A stretch of 64,000 bases of DNA, from assembly GCA_032718475.1 (NCBI GenBank), contig JAUCBJ010003333.1, positions 1-64,000 of the forward strand, read 5' to 3'. This document shows, in pieces, positions 35,020-46,084 of this stretch (the stretch's first letter is position 1; each line of letters begins with the position of its first letter). The stretch comes from Nemertoderma westbladi (lineage: Eukaryota > Animalia > Xenacoelomorpha). Both the position numbers and the translations under genes were made by a program. The notes below the pieces were generated by a model. The model saw only the letters and a program-made list of their open reading frames with translations. It was not told where the DNA came from and made no database searches.

Positions 35020-35550
35020 TGTGACGGGATCCGGGGATCCCGATTTACGCGTCCCCGCCGCTAGTGAAAAAGTTTGTTATAGTTGTCGTTCCGATTGTTA
35101 ATATAGATATGATGGCATAGTATAAAATGAGATAATATTGACAGATAGCACAGTTGATGTTTAGTTGAGGTTACCGGTAATAGTGATGGTAGCGGCAATG
35201 ACGGTAACGAAAGTCACTGCTCTGCCCTCTAACTGTACTGGGATAACTGAATGAAATGACACGGTTACCGGTAATATGTATTGCACCGTTGGCCGTATTG
35301 TGTCACTCAGTCGATGCCTTCCCCCCCATTGGCTAATATCCTACTTGTCACCCTTTGCCCCCCTCTGATGTGCTTCCCTTCGCCCTTGCTATTCTCTCTC
35401 TGTCAGGGGTGTAACCCCTGGCCCCTATTGTGCGTTTCTCCTTCCCACTTTATTGGGGTGACACGAGGTTGGGTAATCAACCTCGTGCTCCCAATATTGC
35501 TTAACGGCTCACTTTATGGGGTTTGGTGAGGCGGAATTGATTCGCTAACA
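35020..35550 (-). repeat. 5' LTR of element A (531 bp)
   Basis: Direct repeat of 14648-15195; flanked by TSD AAATT. Confidence 0.95.
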
Positions 35551-36957
35551 AAATTAATCCTGGTAGAGGCGTGTTGTTATTTAGAAACTCTACAGTCCAC
35601 TGAGCGACTGGACCTTCTCTCTGTCTGGTGGCTCATCGACAATAAATAGTTCTCCCGAATAATCACGTCCATTGTTGTCCCAAAACGGTCAACTAAGTTG
35701 GGATGGAACGTTTCTTGCCCGATGAAATCTTTCTCTACCAAATTTCATGAAAATCTGAGCAAGTTAAGTATTTTTGGAAGTTTGGCAAATTTTGGTCAAA
35801 ATTTTTTTCATTTTTTCATTTTTTTTTATTTTAGCCTCAGATTACTTCAAAATATACTATATAGGTACATTTTGATGTGCTGAATCCGAATATGCACGCC
35901 ATTTTCGATTTCGACGTTGTGTGTAGGTATGACAGACAAATAAAAAAAGTCCGTTAAATGACCGTCTTTTTGAAAGTCTGAGCTTTAGTTTAAGAACTTC
36001 CTAGGAATTATATTTTCTAAAACTGTGCTCAATTAAAGAACGTTTAGGGTAAGAAAAATGACAATGGCAACAATTTATATGAGTTGGCCCAACCCACCCA
36101 ATTTTACTCCAAACCGTCAAATTTTCACTGATTTTTAACGAAATTAACCAATTTTCACCACAAAATTACATATTTTATAAAAAATAAAACAACTTCCTAG
36201 GAATGATATTTTTTTAACTTTGGTCAATTATAGAACATGATAGTAGAACAAAATTGGCATATTCCAAAATTTTCAAGAGTTGCACGAACCTGGTCAATTT
36301 TGTGGTCAAATCTGGCTTACGTAGCCACAATTTGGCAATTCCCGGCTCTTAAACTCTTATAGTTTAAAAATCATACAAATTATAAATATATTGAGTATAG
36401 TAATTGTAAACGCATTAATTTCCACACGTAACAATGAAAATTTCATCGAATGCGGTCGTGTTGCACCAGAGTTACAGCGATTTTTATAAATGCACATCAT
36501 ATTAAAAATTTCATTATTGTTGTATTATTTGACCATTTTGAAATTCCCTCCATCAATCCATTTGAATATGGCAGTGATTTTTTATGCCCTTTTATTTGAC
36601 TTTTTGTCCTCCTTTTTTTACGAATTGTGCATAAAGACTTTTGTTGTCCTTTTAATGACTTTTGTTGTCCTTTTTTAATGACTTTTTATGTATGTATTTC
36701 TTCAAACTGTCAGACTGCTGATTTCTGGACTGTCAGACAGTTGATTTCAACATGCCTATGCCAAAATATTCAAAATTTGTTGATTTCTGGTCTGTCGGAC
36801 AGTTGGTTTCACTATGCCTGTGCCAAAACATTCCATGATTTATAGACTATGAGATAGAATTCCATATGCGCCTGTGGTAAAAGACTCTAAATTTAATAGT
36901 TTGTGGTTGTTGTCGATAATCGATTACCACATGACGTAGCAAAACACTCATTTTATA

Positions 36958-37476
36958 GCCAAAAACAATTACCAATTGATGGAAAGGAGCAGGTTAAGGC
37001 CGGATTTTCTAACCAAAACAATAAACAGCCGCTTTACCAAATCAGGGAAAGGAGCAGGTTACAGAGGCGGGATTTTCTAACCAAAACAATAAACGATCAT
37101 TTAACTAATTGAGGGAAAGGAGCAGGTTACAGAGACGGGATTTTCTAACCAAAACAATAAACGATAACATTACCAATTGAGAGAAAGGAGCAGGTTACAG
37201 AGGCGGGATTTTCTAACCAAAACAATAAACAGTCACTTTACCAAATCAGGGAAAGGAGCAGGTTACAGAGACGGGATTTTCTAACCAAAACAATAAACGA
37301 TAACATTACCAATTGAGAGAAAGGAGCAGGTTACAGAGGCGGGATTTCCTAACCAAAACAATAAACGATCTCTTAACTAATTGAAGGAAAGGAGCAGGTT
37401 ACAGAGGCGGGATTTTCTAACCAAAACAATAAACGATCATTTAACTAATTGAGGGAAAGGGGCAGGTTACAGAGGC
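36958..37476. repeat. 68-bp minisatellite, ~8 copies
   Basis: GAAAGGAGCAGGTTACAGAGGCGGGATTTTCTAACCAAAACAATAAAC recurs about every 68 bp with a more variable ~20-bp segment. Confidence 0.9.
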
Positions 37477-37923
37477 TGATAAATACTGCATATAATCAAA
37501 TTGTTTGGTCAAATAACAAGAGCAACCAATCATGGTAGACAATTTAGTCTCCCCCTTCCCTTGTCAAGGGGTTAACATATTAAATACAGTACATCCTTGC
37601 CCTATCGTGAACAAAGGCAATAAAAAGCATAGAGGATCGATAAGAACCATCGGCCTATTTCCTTTGTAAACTATTTTTGAACTCTAAACATTAATTATTA
37701 ACACATTTTACCGCCCGCAACGCATGAAGTGAAGAATATGTAGTCTTCGCGTATTCCTCTATTATAGAGTATACAGGTATAGGATGCATTACTGTTGAAA
37801 GCATTTGATGGTTGTGGGTTGTTTATTGAACATACCGTATTGTGTCTTTTTTTAGTACTGACTCGCTTGGAATACGTAAGCCTACTAATGATAAACGACG
37901 TATAGGCATCGTTATGGGTAGCA

Positions 37924-38093
37924 CCTATGCGTAGGTCGCGTAGGACCTATGCGTAGGTCGCGGAGGACCTACGCGTAGGTCGCGTAGGACCTACGCGTAG
38001 TTATTGTTGAAACTCTGAAACTGGTGATATATGACCCAATGTTGCGAACTACGCGTAGCTACGCGTAGCTACGCGTAGGCCTACGCGTAGGTC
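37924..38093. repeat. Short palindromic CTACGCGTAG-type repeats
   Basis: Repeated CCTA(C/T)GCGTAGGTCGCG and CTACGCGTAG units. Confidence 0.7.
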
Positions 38094-40075
38094 GAAAAGA
38101 TTTACCCCACAGCTGGCTGTGTAGCAGTTACCGGTAGTGTTTGATTTTATATACCGGTCTGCCCCTCCACTGGAACGCCTGCTGCAGTACTGCAGTAGCG
38201 TACCACCGCCCGCACTTTCACAGGCCTTACTACGGTAGGCCTACCTGCCTACTATACATTTCACTTGTATTCTAGGCTTGTCTGCAGGTTATCAGGTTTG
38301 GTACGGCTGTATGCAGGCAGCAGGTATGGTCTGACGGTTGTTGTATAATTAAATTTAGGCCTATTTCTGTATTTCAGTATTTCATGTATTATTTGTTAAT
38401 TTTTAGTGAGCCTAATACTGTGATTGTACTAGGCCTAGCATTTTTGTTTTCTCATGTTCTTTCAGCAACCAATCCACATTCACCCATTTGGCTAATAACC
38501 TCAGGATTTTAGTAAACTCATGAGTCTGACTTCCCTCTGAAGCTCTGATCTACGTTCCACCTACCTACCTACTGCTTATTTTATACAATCTGCCTGCATT
38601 ATAGGCCTACTGCAGTTCTAAACTTCAAGTTCGAAAGTTGTAATCCTGTAATCCTTATATCAGTATTTCCGAGGATCCCTATGAGGCAGTGAGGTGAGGA
38701 TCACTTGCAGCTTATCCTAACGAATCGTCTCCTTCTGCATATACAGATATCCAGATATCAGGATATAGATGACTGCTGAGTCTTCAACGTTGACGACACA
38801 AACTGGCGGACTGGGTGCCAGCACGTTTGCGATAACATTATCGTATATCTCTGGACGGCCAAGGTCGAGAGAGGGTCGTACCGGAACTCTATCATCGCGA
38901 CATCCGGCCCTTAGCCTCGTTTCTCCGACGCAATGCTGAAAGATGCAAAAGTGCGCCTACTGGGCATGCTCGAATCCGGTGGGAAAACTACCGGTAGTTC
39001 CAATCGCATTGTACGTATACGTTAGCAGGACTTCGCTAAAAGCAAACATGCATGTGAAACGAAAGAGACTTCGTGGTATCGGTACGATTATAGCGCGTGG
39101 TTTATGGTACTTGCAACGTTTACCGGATGAAATCTTAGGCTCTAGAATCAGCGGTATGAAATACTGAAATACAAAGTGCAAAACTTTCGTGGGTCAACTG
39201 CGGTAGAGCAATTCAGTGCAACAGCAAGCGATGAGTTATTATCGGTTGCGTTCCGGAGCGAGTTGGGATCCCCAGTTTAAATTCGCGAGTGGTTCGGTGT
39301 TTATCAGTCGACCAAACACGCTTTGGTTCGTTGAGTTTTTAACTTTCATGTCTTCGTTTCATCCAAACCGCACCCGGGTAGGGATACCAAACCACCGCGT
39401 TATTTAATGCTTTTTAATTTTGTTATTGTCTATCGATTGACTTATATATAACCTGTGCCGATATTCAGTTACTGTGTTAACATTTATGACGTCGTATTGG
39501 TTTAAATGTATGCAGGTATGCCCATGTATTAATTATTTGTGGTCCTACTGTATATTGCCATGAGCAGAAATTATTTTATTAATTGAACAAATTAAATTCA
39601 CAATTTAGTATTGAATCTTTAATATATTATACTAAATAATAATAATATTAATTATATTATGTAAATATATTAATAGTATAAACAGCTATAGCTATATACC
39701 ATAAATATATTGTTATATTTCATAATTAAAATTTGTTTAATAAATTATTTTGCATTTTGTACAAATACTGATATATTTTTTAGCGTATTTACAAAAGCAA
39801 AGAATATAAAGGTGCTTTTGTGATAATTATGCAAATAAATTTTTTATTTTAATTCAAATACTTACAGTAATATTAACCAAGTATTTTGTTAAACAGTAAA
39901 ATTAAGTTTTCATTCTTTGATATATTTTTTTGGTGGTTTTAAATAAAATTTGAAATATTTTTGGTACTAAACAAGATCCCCAATGTCCCGTCAACATCTT
40001 GGGTAGACGAGAGGGACATTGGGGCTAATCTATAATAAGGAATTCTACCCCCCCCCCCTCCTTACTTTCGGACTA

Positions 40076-41159
40076 CTACTACTAGGATCGGCATGCTGCA
40101 TTGCAGCTGCATTTTTATGAATGCTGTGCCGGCTTGTCAACAAAATTGCATCGCCACAACTCCCTATCACCCATGACATTTGCTAGATCATCCGCATCTT
40201 TAAGGCCAGTGTCCTTTAAGATGCGTCTCAAGAAAGTCATGGGCTGTCCACCATGCTTATTCACTCCATGAGGCTGCCAAAGTACAAGATTATGCACTGG
40301 CTGGTCCTCACGGCGAAAGCAATGTCCTGCAAAGCGGAGGCGATTTTGTTCTAGTGTCAAGCTTGGGGGAACCAATGAGACACCTCCAATGTTATATAGT
40401 GTCTGGTTGGAGATGTGTGCATTGTACTTGACACAATGAACCCGGCGTAGCATTCTTGTGAATGTGCCATCCAGAGATTTGGTGTCTTCAGCAGTTAGAG
40501 CCTAGCATGGACTCGCGTAGAGGAGTACTGGAACTACTGCTGCTCTAAATAATCGGACCTTGAGTTTCCGATTAATTCTCGGTGACTTCCAAATCCTGGA
40601 AAGCCTATTCAAGGCTGCCCATGCCTTTCCCTTACGTATTCGAAGGTCCTCACCTGACTTCCGGATCCATGATCCCAGGTAACAGAAGTCGTCCACATGC
40701 TCAAGCATACCATCCTCTGAGCTTATGCTCATCCGATCAGAGACTTGCTGAGGACTTTCAAAGTTAACTGTCAGAATTTTGGTCTTTCTGGAGTTAATAA
40801 AAAGACCAACACTAGAAGCAGCATGTTCCAATGAGCTGAGGAGCCTTTGGGCTCCCTCTAATGATTCTGAGAGTACTCCTAAGTCATCAGCAAAGTCCAC
40901 CAGTAGGTGGAGTTATCATCACCCCATCATCATTATAATGATCTGAGGACATGCGTAGAACATAGTCAACCACAATAATGAACAAGAATGGTGCAAGTGT
41001 GTCTCCTTGGAGGACGCCCCATAACACTTCAAATGGTTCTGTGTCACCATCAACAGTAGACACAAATGTTGTCGAACCATCGTATACTGATCTGATTGCT
41101 GCAATAATTTCATCAGGAATCCCATATAATGAAAGTATGCTGAACATACGTGAGCGAGA
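40076..41159 (-). mobile_element. 5'-truncated RTE-like LINE, copy 1
   Basis: GVLQGDTLAPFLF, DFADDL, FCYLGS, RLRFAGHC; (TAG)n tail; 15-bp TSD CTTACTTTCGGACTA at 40061-40075 and 41160-41174. Confidence 0.92.
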
Positions 41160-41642
41160 CTTACTTTCGGACTAACAATCACTCTTATATGAAAAGAACT
41201 TCACAGTCTACTCCAATATTAAAATTGTTTGCGAATTCGAATTGTTTGTGAAACATATATGTTTCATCATAATATGAATTTTTATCGTAGTTGTTAATGG
41301 AAGATGGCACAACCGAATTATATTTAGAATGTATAGGCCCTAGCCAGCAAACTTGTGGTGCTGTATGTTGGTACAGTACATTAATAGTTGTTATGGGTAA
41401 AATGAATTATTGCGGAATTTCAGAACAGTAATAATATTTATTAATAATGTTAATAACCTACTGCATTAGCTTTATGATGTTTAGGATGCATATTTGGTGT
41501 CCAGAATCGATAATGGATATACTCTGTGTTCCTATTAAAGTACTGATAATGTAATAATATATATGATTATTGCTTATTTGTTTTTTTTTAATAATATAAA
41601 TAAGGTATTAATTATTATAAAACAAAGAATCTTAATAATGAA

Positions 41643-41803
41643 TGGGAGCATCTTTTAGGCTCGTTAAGCCAAGGAATGCCTGTTCACCACCATTAAACCC
41701 TTCCACTCTGTTTCCCAAGTTGCCTTGGTTCCCATTTATCGCCCACTGAAGGATGAAAGCCCGGCTTAGGCTAGGGGTTAGGCTAGGGGCTAGGGGTTAG
41801 GCT
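41643..41803 (+). mobile_element. 161-bp retroposed fragment with telomere-like (TAGGGG/TTAGGC) tail
   Basis: 17-bp direct repeat AGAATCTTAATAATGAA at 41626-41642 and 41804-41820 brackets the insert. Confidence 0.7.
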
Positions 41804-42285
41804 AGAATCTTAATAATGAAATTATTAAGAGTTAATTAAGCCACCGCAAACTGACGTTACAAGGCGGGAAATTTGAGACTACTACTAAGACAAACACAGT
41901 AACATGGACTGGCAGAAATGAGTGTGGGCTATTCCTCCGTTTCTATACCGACCACACCCCCCCCCCCCCCCTTCTCTGTCTACCCCCATCCCTCCCCTAG
42001 CACCCGCACCCCTTGTTACAACATTAAACAATAATTCTAGGTATAAGTCCGTTTTATATTTAAAAAAATCCATGTTTTCATTAATTTATACGCTCAATAA
42101 TTCCGATATCGGAAGTATTTTATCACAAAGAAATATAATGTCGACGCACCGAAGCCATTACATTACGTCATAACAAAGATACAGCTAGCATAAAGTCAAT
42201 CAAATTGTTTTAGAAAAAAATTGTGGATATTTTGATAAGCACATTAAGACATTTAGAAGTGTTCAACTTGGGTTTTAATATTAAT

Positions 42286-42450
42286 CGGGGGGCAAAAGTC
42301 TGGGACAATTATCCGGGGAGCAATTGTCCAGGGGCAATTGTCCGGGGGGTAATAATTGTCCAGGGTAATTGTGCGCGGGGGGCAATTGTCCAGGGGGCAA
42401 TTGTCTGCGGGCAATTTCCGGGGGGTAATTTCATGGGGTCAATTGTCCTA
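42286..42450. repeat. GGGGCAATTGTCC minisatellite
   Basis: About 9 degenerate ~15-bp units. Confidence 0.8.
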
Positions 42451-43712
42451 GTTCCGTTAGTGTCACACCTCCCCCTGATCTACGGGCTTACAGCAGGCAA
42501 GGGCGTCAACCAAAGTCTTACCTCCTCTGGCATGGGCGCTCTCAGGCTGTCGAGTCATTTCTTCCCAATAATTTTATCTCATTGATTCATAACTTCGGAT
42601 CTGCGCAGTTGTGTAAAAAAATTATACTAAAATACAAAATGTAGGACAACTAATTCTGGATTCAAATATTCTTTATTGATTTGTCGCAAATGACGTTCAA
42701 TGTAAAATTAATTATCTAATAACGTCGACCTTAGTCTAAGGCTACAATTAATTTTGAAAATATTTAATAATTATTATAAAAACGAAAAACACAATACATT
42801 CCAAATTTTACAAATATTAAATTATCAATAACAGCACAACCAATTAAATAATAATTATTAAAAAGTGAAACTGGGAAAGAGCAGTTTACTCTGCTAAAGG
42901 AATATATAAATGTTCATTATTTAAATATAAACCGCTCTGAGTTTGCAAAGAAAATAAAATGTTAATTATCTGCAGTTTAAATGAATAAATATCCACAGAA
43001 ATGCGTTGAGAGCATTAAAAGCATCGTAAAAGCGAAACTGTAGAGCGAAGCGTTATCGCTTTAGCAACAACGCTTTGTGTAAATGTGGTTGCAGAAATAT
43101 TTAAACAGCTGCGACAATGTTTGAGAAAAGCGAAAGATCAATAACAATAAACTATTAACAATACAACTACAATAAACTACCGGTATTAATTAATCGCTAA
43201 GAAATTGGAATATATTTTATACTAGGGAATTTATGAGAAAAGTATGAAAAGTATAAAATAGCCGTACTGATAAAATGGAACGATTTAGAGCGGAAAGTTA
43301 AACATTTCTCTCAACTCTGGGTTTTCAGAGCACTTTGAACGCACTCTCAACGCATTTGAAATGCGTTGTCGTTAAAGATCTAAAATGCTCTGAAAGTGCT
43401 TTGAAAGCCAAAGCAAAGCGTGTCGCTAAACCGGGTCTTAAAGTCTAGTTATTGGTATTAAAATATTAAATTATTATAACAAATTAATATATTTATATGT
43501 AATTGAATGTATTTAAAATAATAATTAAACCACCTGTATTCACTTAATTGTTAATATTTGTTAAAAAAATAATTTATTGCAAGTTGAGCTGTTTGAATTT
43601 GCATTTTGTTACAATGAGAAATAGTTATTCCAAGTAATTTACATTGGAAGTTAATATCTTCCGGCGAAAAATTTAGTATTAAATGTCAATAGGTATAATA
43701 ATAACATAATAA

Positions 43713-46084
43713 TTAATTAATTAACCTATTTAATTGTTTAAACATATAAATATTACCATCCTCACCAACAACTACAAACTTCAATGAGTTTAAAGAACAG
43801 CTGATATTAATAGAATAAAGAACAGTTCTTATAGGAATTCTTTGTAAAAATTCACCTTTAACTGAAAATAACGAAATATTTAAATCGCCTCTAATAATAA
43901 TCGTATCACAATCTTTGTTTACAAAGTTCACAGCTCTGACCCCCTCTACAGTGTTTATTACAGCCGTAGGTTTGTAATTAAACTTAGTAATAATAGATAA
44001 TTTATTAACCCAATTAGTCGCTTTGCTAATCCAATCTAATTCCTTTATATTTAAACTTTCATTATTTATAGGAAACTGAATTCCGTCTTTAGAATAAACT
44101 AATACAACTGAACCCTTTACTACGGCTATGTAGGAGCTGTTGGGAGAGAAAGCGAATGCGGTTAAACTGAAACTTTCTAACTCAGTAACTGGGAATCCGT
44201 CGTCAGTTACTTTTACTAACCAACTGAATAACTTATTGTTACTTAACCCATAAACAAAAATAATTCTAGAATCAGATAAAACTACCAACCCGCAACCCTT
44301 TGCGAATTCACCAACAACCGAATGTTTCCCAGTTAATATATCGGTAAGAACTAATTTACCGCTCTCATCTAGAGTTGCTACTGTATTGTTACAGTTTAAT
44401 GCTACTAACTCACTAATCTTAGACCCCGGATTGGGTTGTAATTCTCTAATTAAGTGCCCCGGTTTCCCTACCAAGCAACGATATAATTCCCATCGTAATT
44501 CAGATTCTTCCTGTTCCCCTAAGAATCTCCCATATCGATAATATTCTCGGAGTAACTCAGCCGACTCTTTATAACTCCACACACTGAGTTTATCAGCCGC
44601 TCTACTAACTAAATAGTTCGATGGAGCAACAAAAACTAATTTCTCTACACGTTCAGTAGATGTTTTTGGTAAAGTAATAAATTTATTTTCATAATAAACA
44701 CAAATAATTCCGTTGCGACATGCGTAAGCGAAAACCGGTTGGTTTTCTATTCCAGTTAACGACATTATCCGACTCTCTCCGTCGTTATTTAGTTCAATAT
44801 TCCCTTCCATATCCATTATATGGAGGGAGTCCCACGTACTCGCTGCTATGGTAACCGGTTCCGTATCTAGAACAGCTCGAACCCCCAGGTATCCAGTTAG
44901 TTTACCACCGCTGGACGATTTTGTACCGACGCTGTTAATGTTTAGGGTTACAGTATCGGCCCCAATGTTACAGTAACACATAAACTTACCAGATTGAGTT
45001 ACATCCACGCGGCTGGATGTCAACTTAACCGGTCCGATTGTACCGGTTACCATTCGGTGGTGGGTTAGTTCTCCGGTTTTACCGACCAGTAGTTCCGCAC
45101 CCGATCGCCCGAATGGAAGTTCGGTTATTATAAGAACGCGATCCACCGCTCCGAGGTATTTAATTCCTTGGAGATGAATTTTGTATAACTCGTTGGTAAA
45201 TCTCCACCCCCATATCAGCTTCCCATCCAATAAGTTCCAACATTCTACATGGAACCATATCAACTCAACATTATCTTTATAACCTATAATTATTATATCG
45301 TCCGCAACCCAATCGAGACATTCTATAGCAAATCCACTGAACTCAAAGACTTTAATTGGCTTTTGTATTGAAGATAAATTAATAAAATCCCAAAGTTTAA
45401 CCCCCGGAGTTGGAGTTGGGTAAGTGGAGTAGGTTATTAGATGTTTAGCTGTTGGTGAGAATGAAACTCCAATATGAAGGGGGGTAATGAGGTTATATAG
45501 AAGATAATAAAGAAAGTTCTGCCTCGGGTCAGTTGGAGGAATTGGAGGTAGGCTGATAGGGGAGTGGGCCTCCCAAGTTATAGTGGAGTCGGGGACCTCC
45601 GTATTGATACAACTGATAGTCCCGTTGTGGGATGAGAAACAGAATATATTTGAATCCTTTGGATGGAAGTTTATACTGTTTGTGAGTATCGGTGATGTTT
45701 TATTGATTAAATCTTCCTCCTTTATTACCGAATGGGAATCAAAATGATCGAATATTAATTCTCCATCAGTTGAATCCCGAATATGAATCCATCCATCTAA
45801 AGTTCGGTAACATATTCTTCTTCCATCAGCCGATAATTTTGCATCATATAGCGATGGTTTGATATTAATTTTATCTTCTGTAATAATCTTCTTCCCACTG
45901 GCAGCATCGCAAATCATTAACTTATTATTGACGTAAACTAGAATCGTTTTTCCATCAGCAGATAACTGAATTCCATACGTCAACCGGGTCTCGTAATCCT
46001 TCAGTAACTTTATCGATAAGGTTTCATCTGTTTCATCTCTTGTTCTATTCATTGAGTTGATGAGATCGAAATAAAGTTTATTTT
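43713..46084 (-). CDS. Exon 2: WD40/beta-propeller region (~790 aa)
   Basis: Repeated propeller turns (LSADGK, LSADGR, FHPKDS, FSPTAK, VKLWDF, VECWNL, FSPNSS); uninterrupted ORF. Confidence 0.88.

Larger units (their letters stand above)
14648..35550 (-). mobile_element. BEL/Pao element A, non-autonomous (no capsid core, RT, RNase H or IN), host of element B
   Basis: LTRs at 14648-15195 and 35020-35550 (TGT...ACA). 5-bp TSD AAATT at 14643-14647 and 35551-35555. PPT at 15196-15204. Gag/PR remnants are homologous to B. Confidence 0.93.

Noticed and set aside
35660-36500. DNA-transposon remnants (also ~53450-53740 and ~62480-63130)
   Set aside because: The texture resembles non-autonomous DNA transposons, but no TIR/TSD pair could be fixed.
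39978-40024. 12-bp inverted repeat CCCCAATGTCCC/GGGACATTGGGG as a terminator or element end
   Set aside because: An isolated small hairpin with no supporting context.
43713-46052. Stand-alone WD40 gene
   Set aside because: The frame is open up to a good acceptor at 46085 and splices in frame to the NB-ARC exon, with an Apaf-1-like junction peptide.
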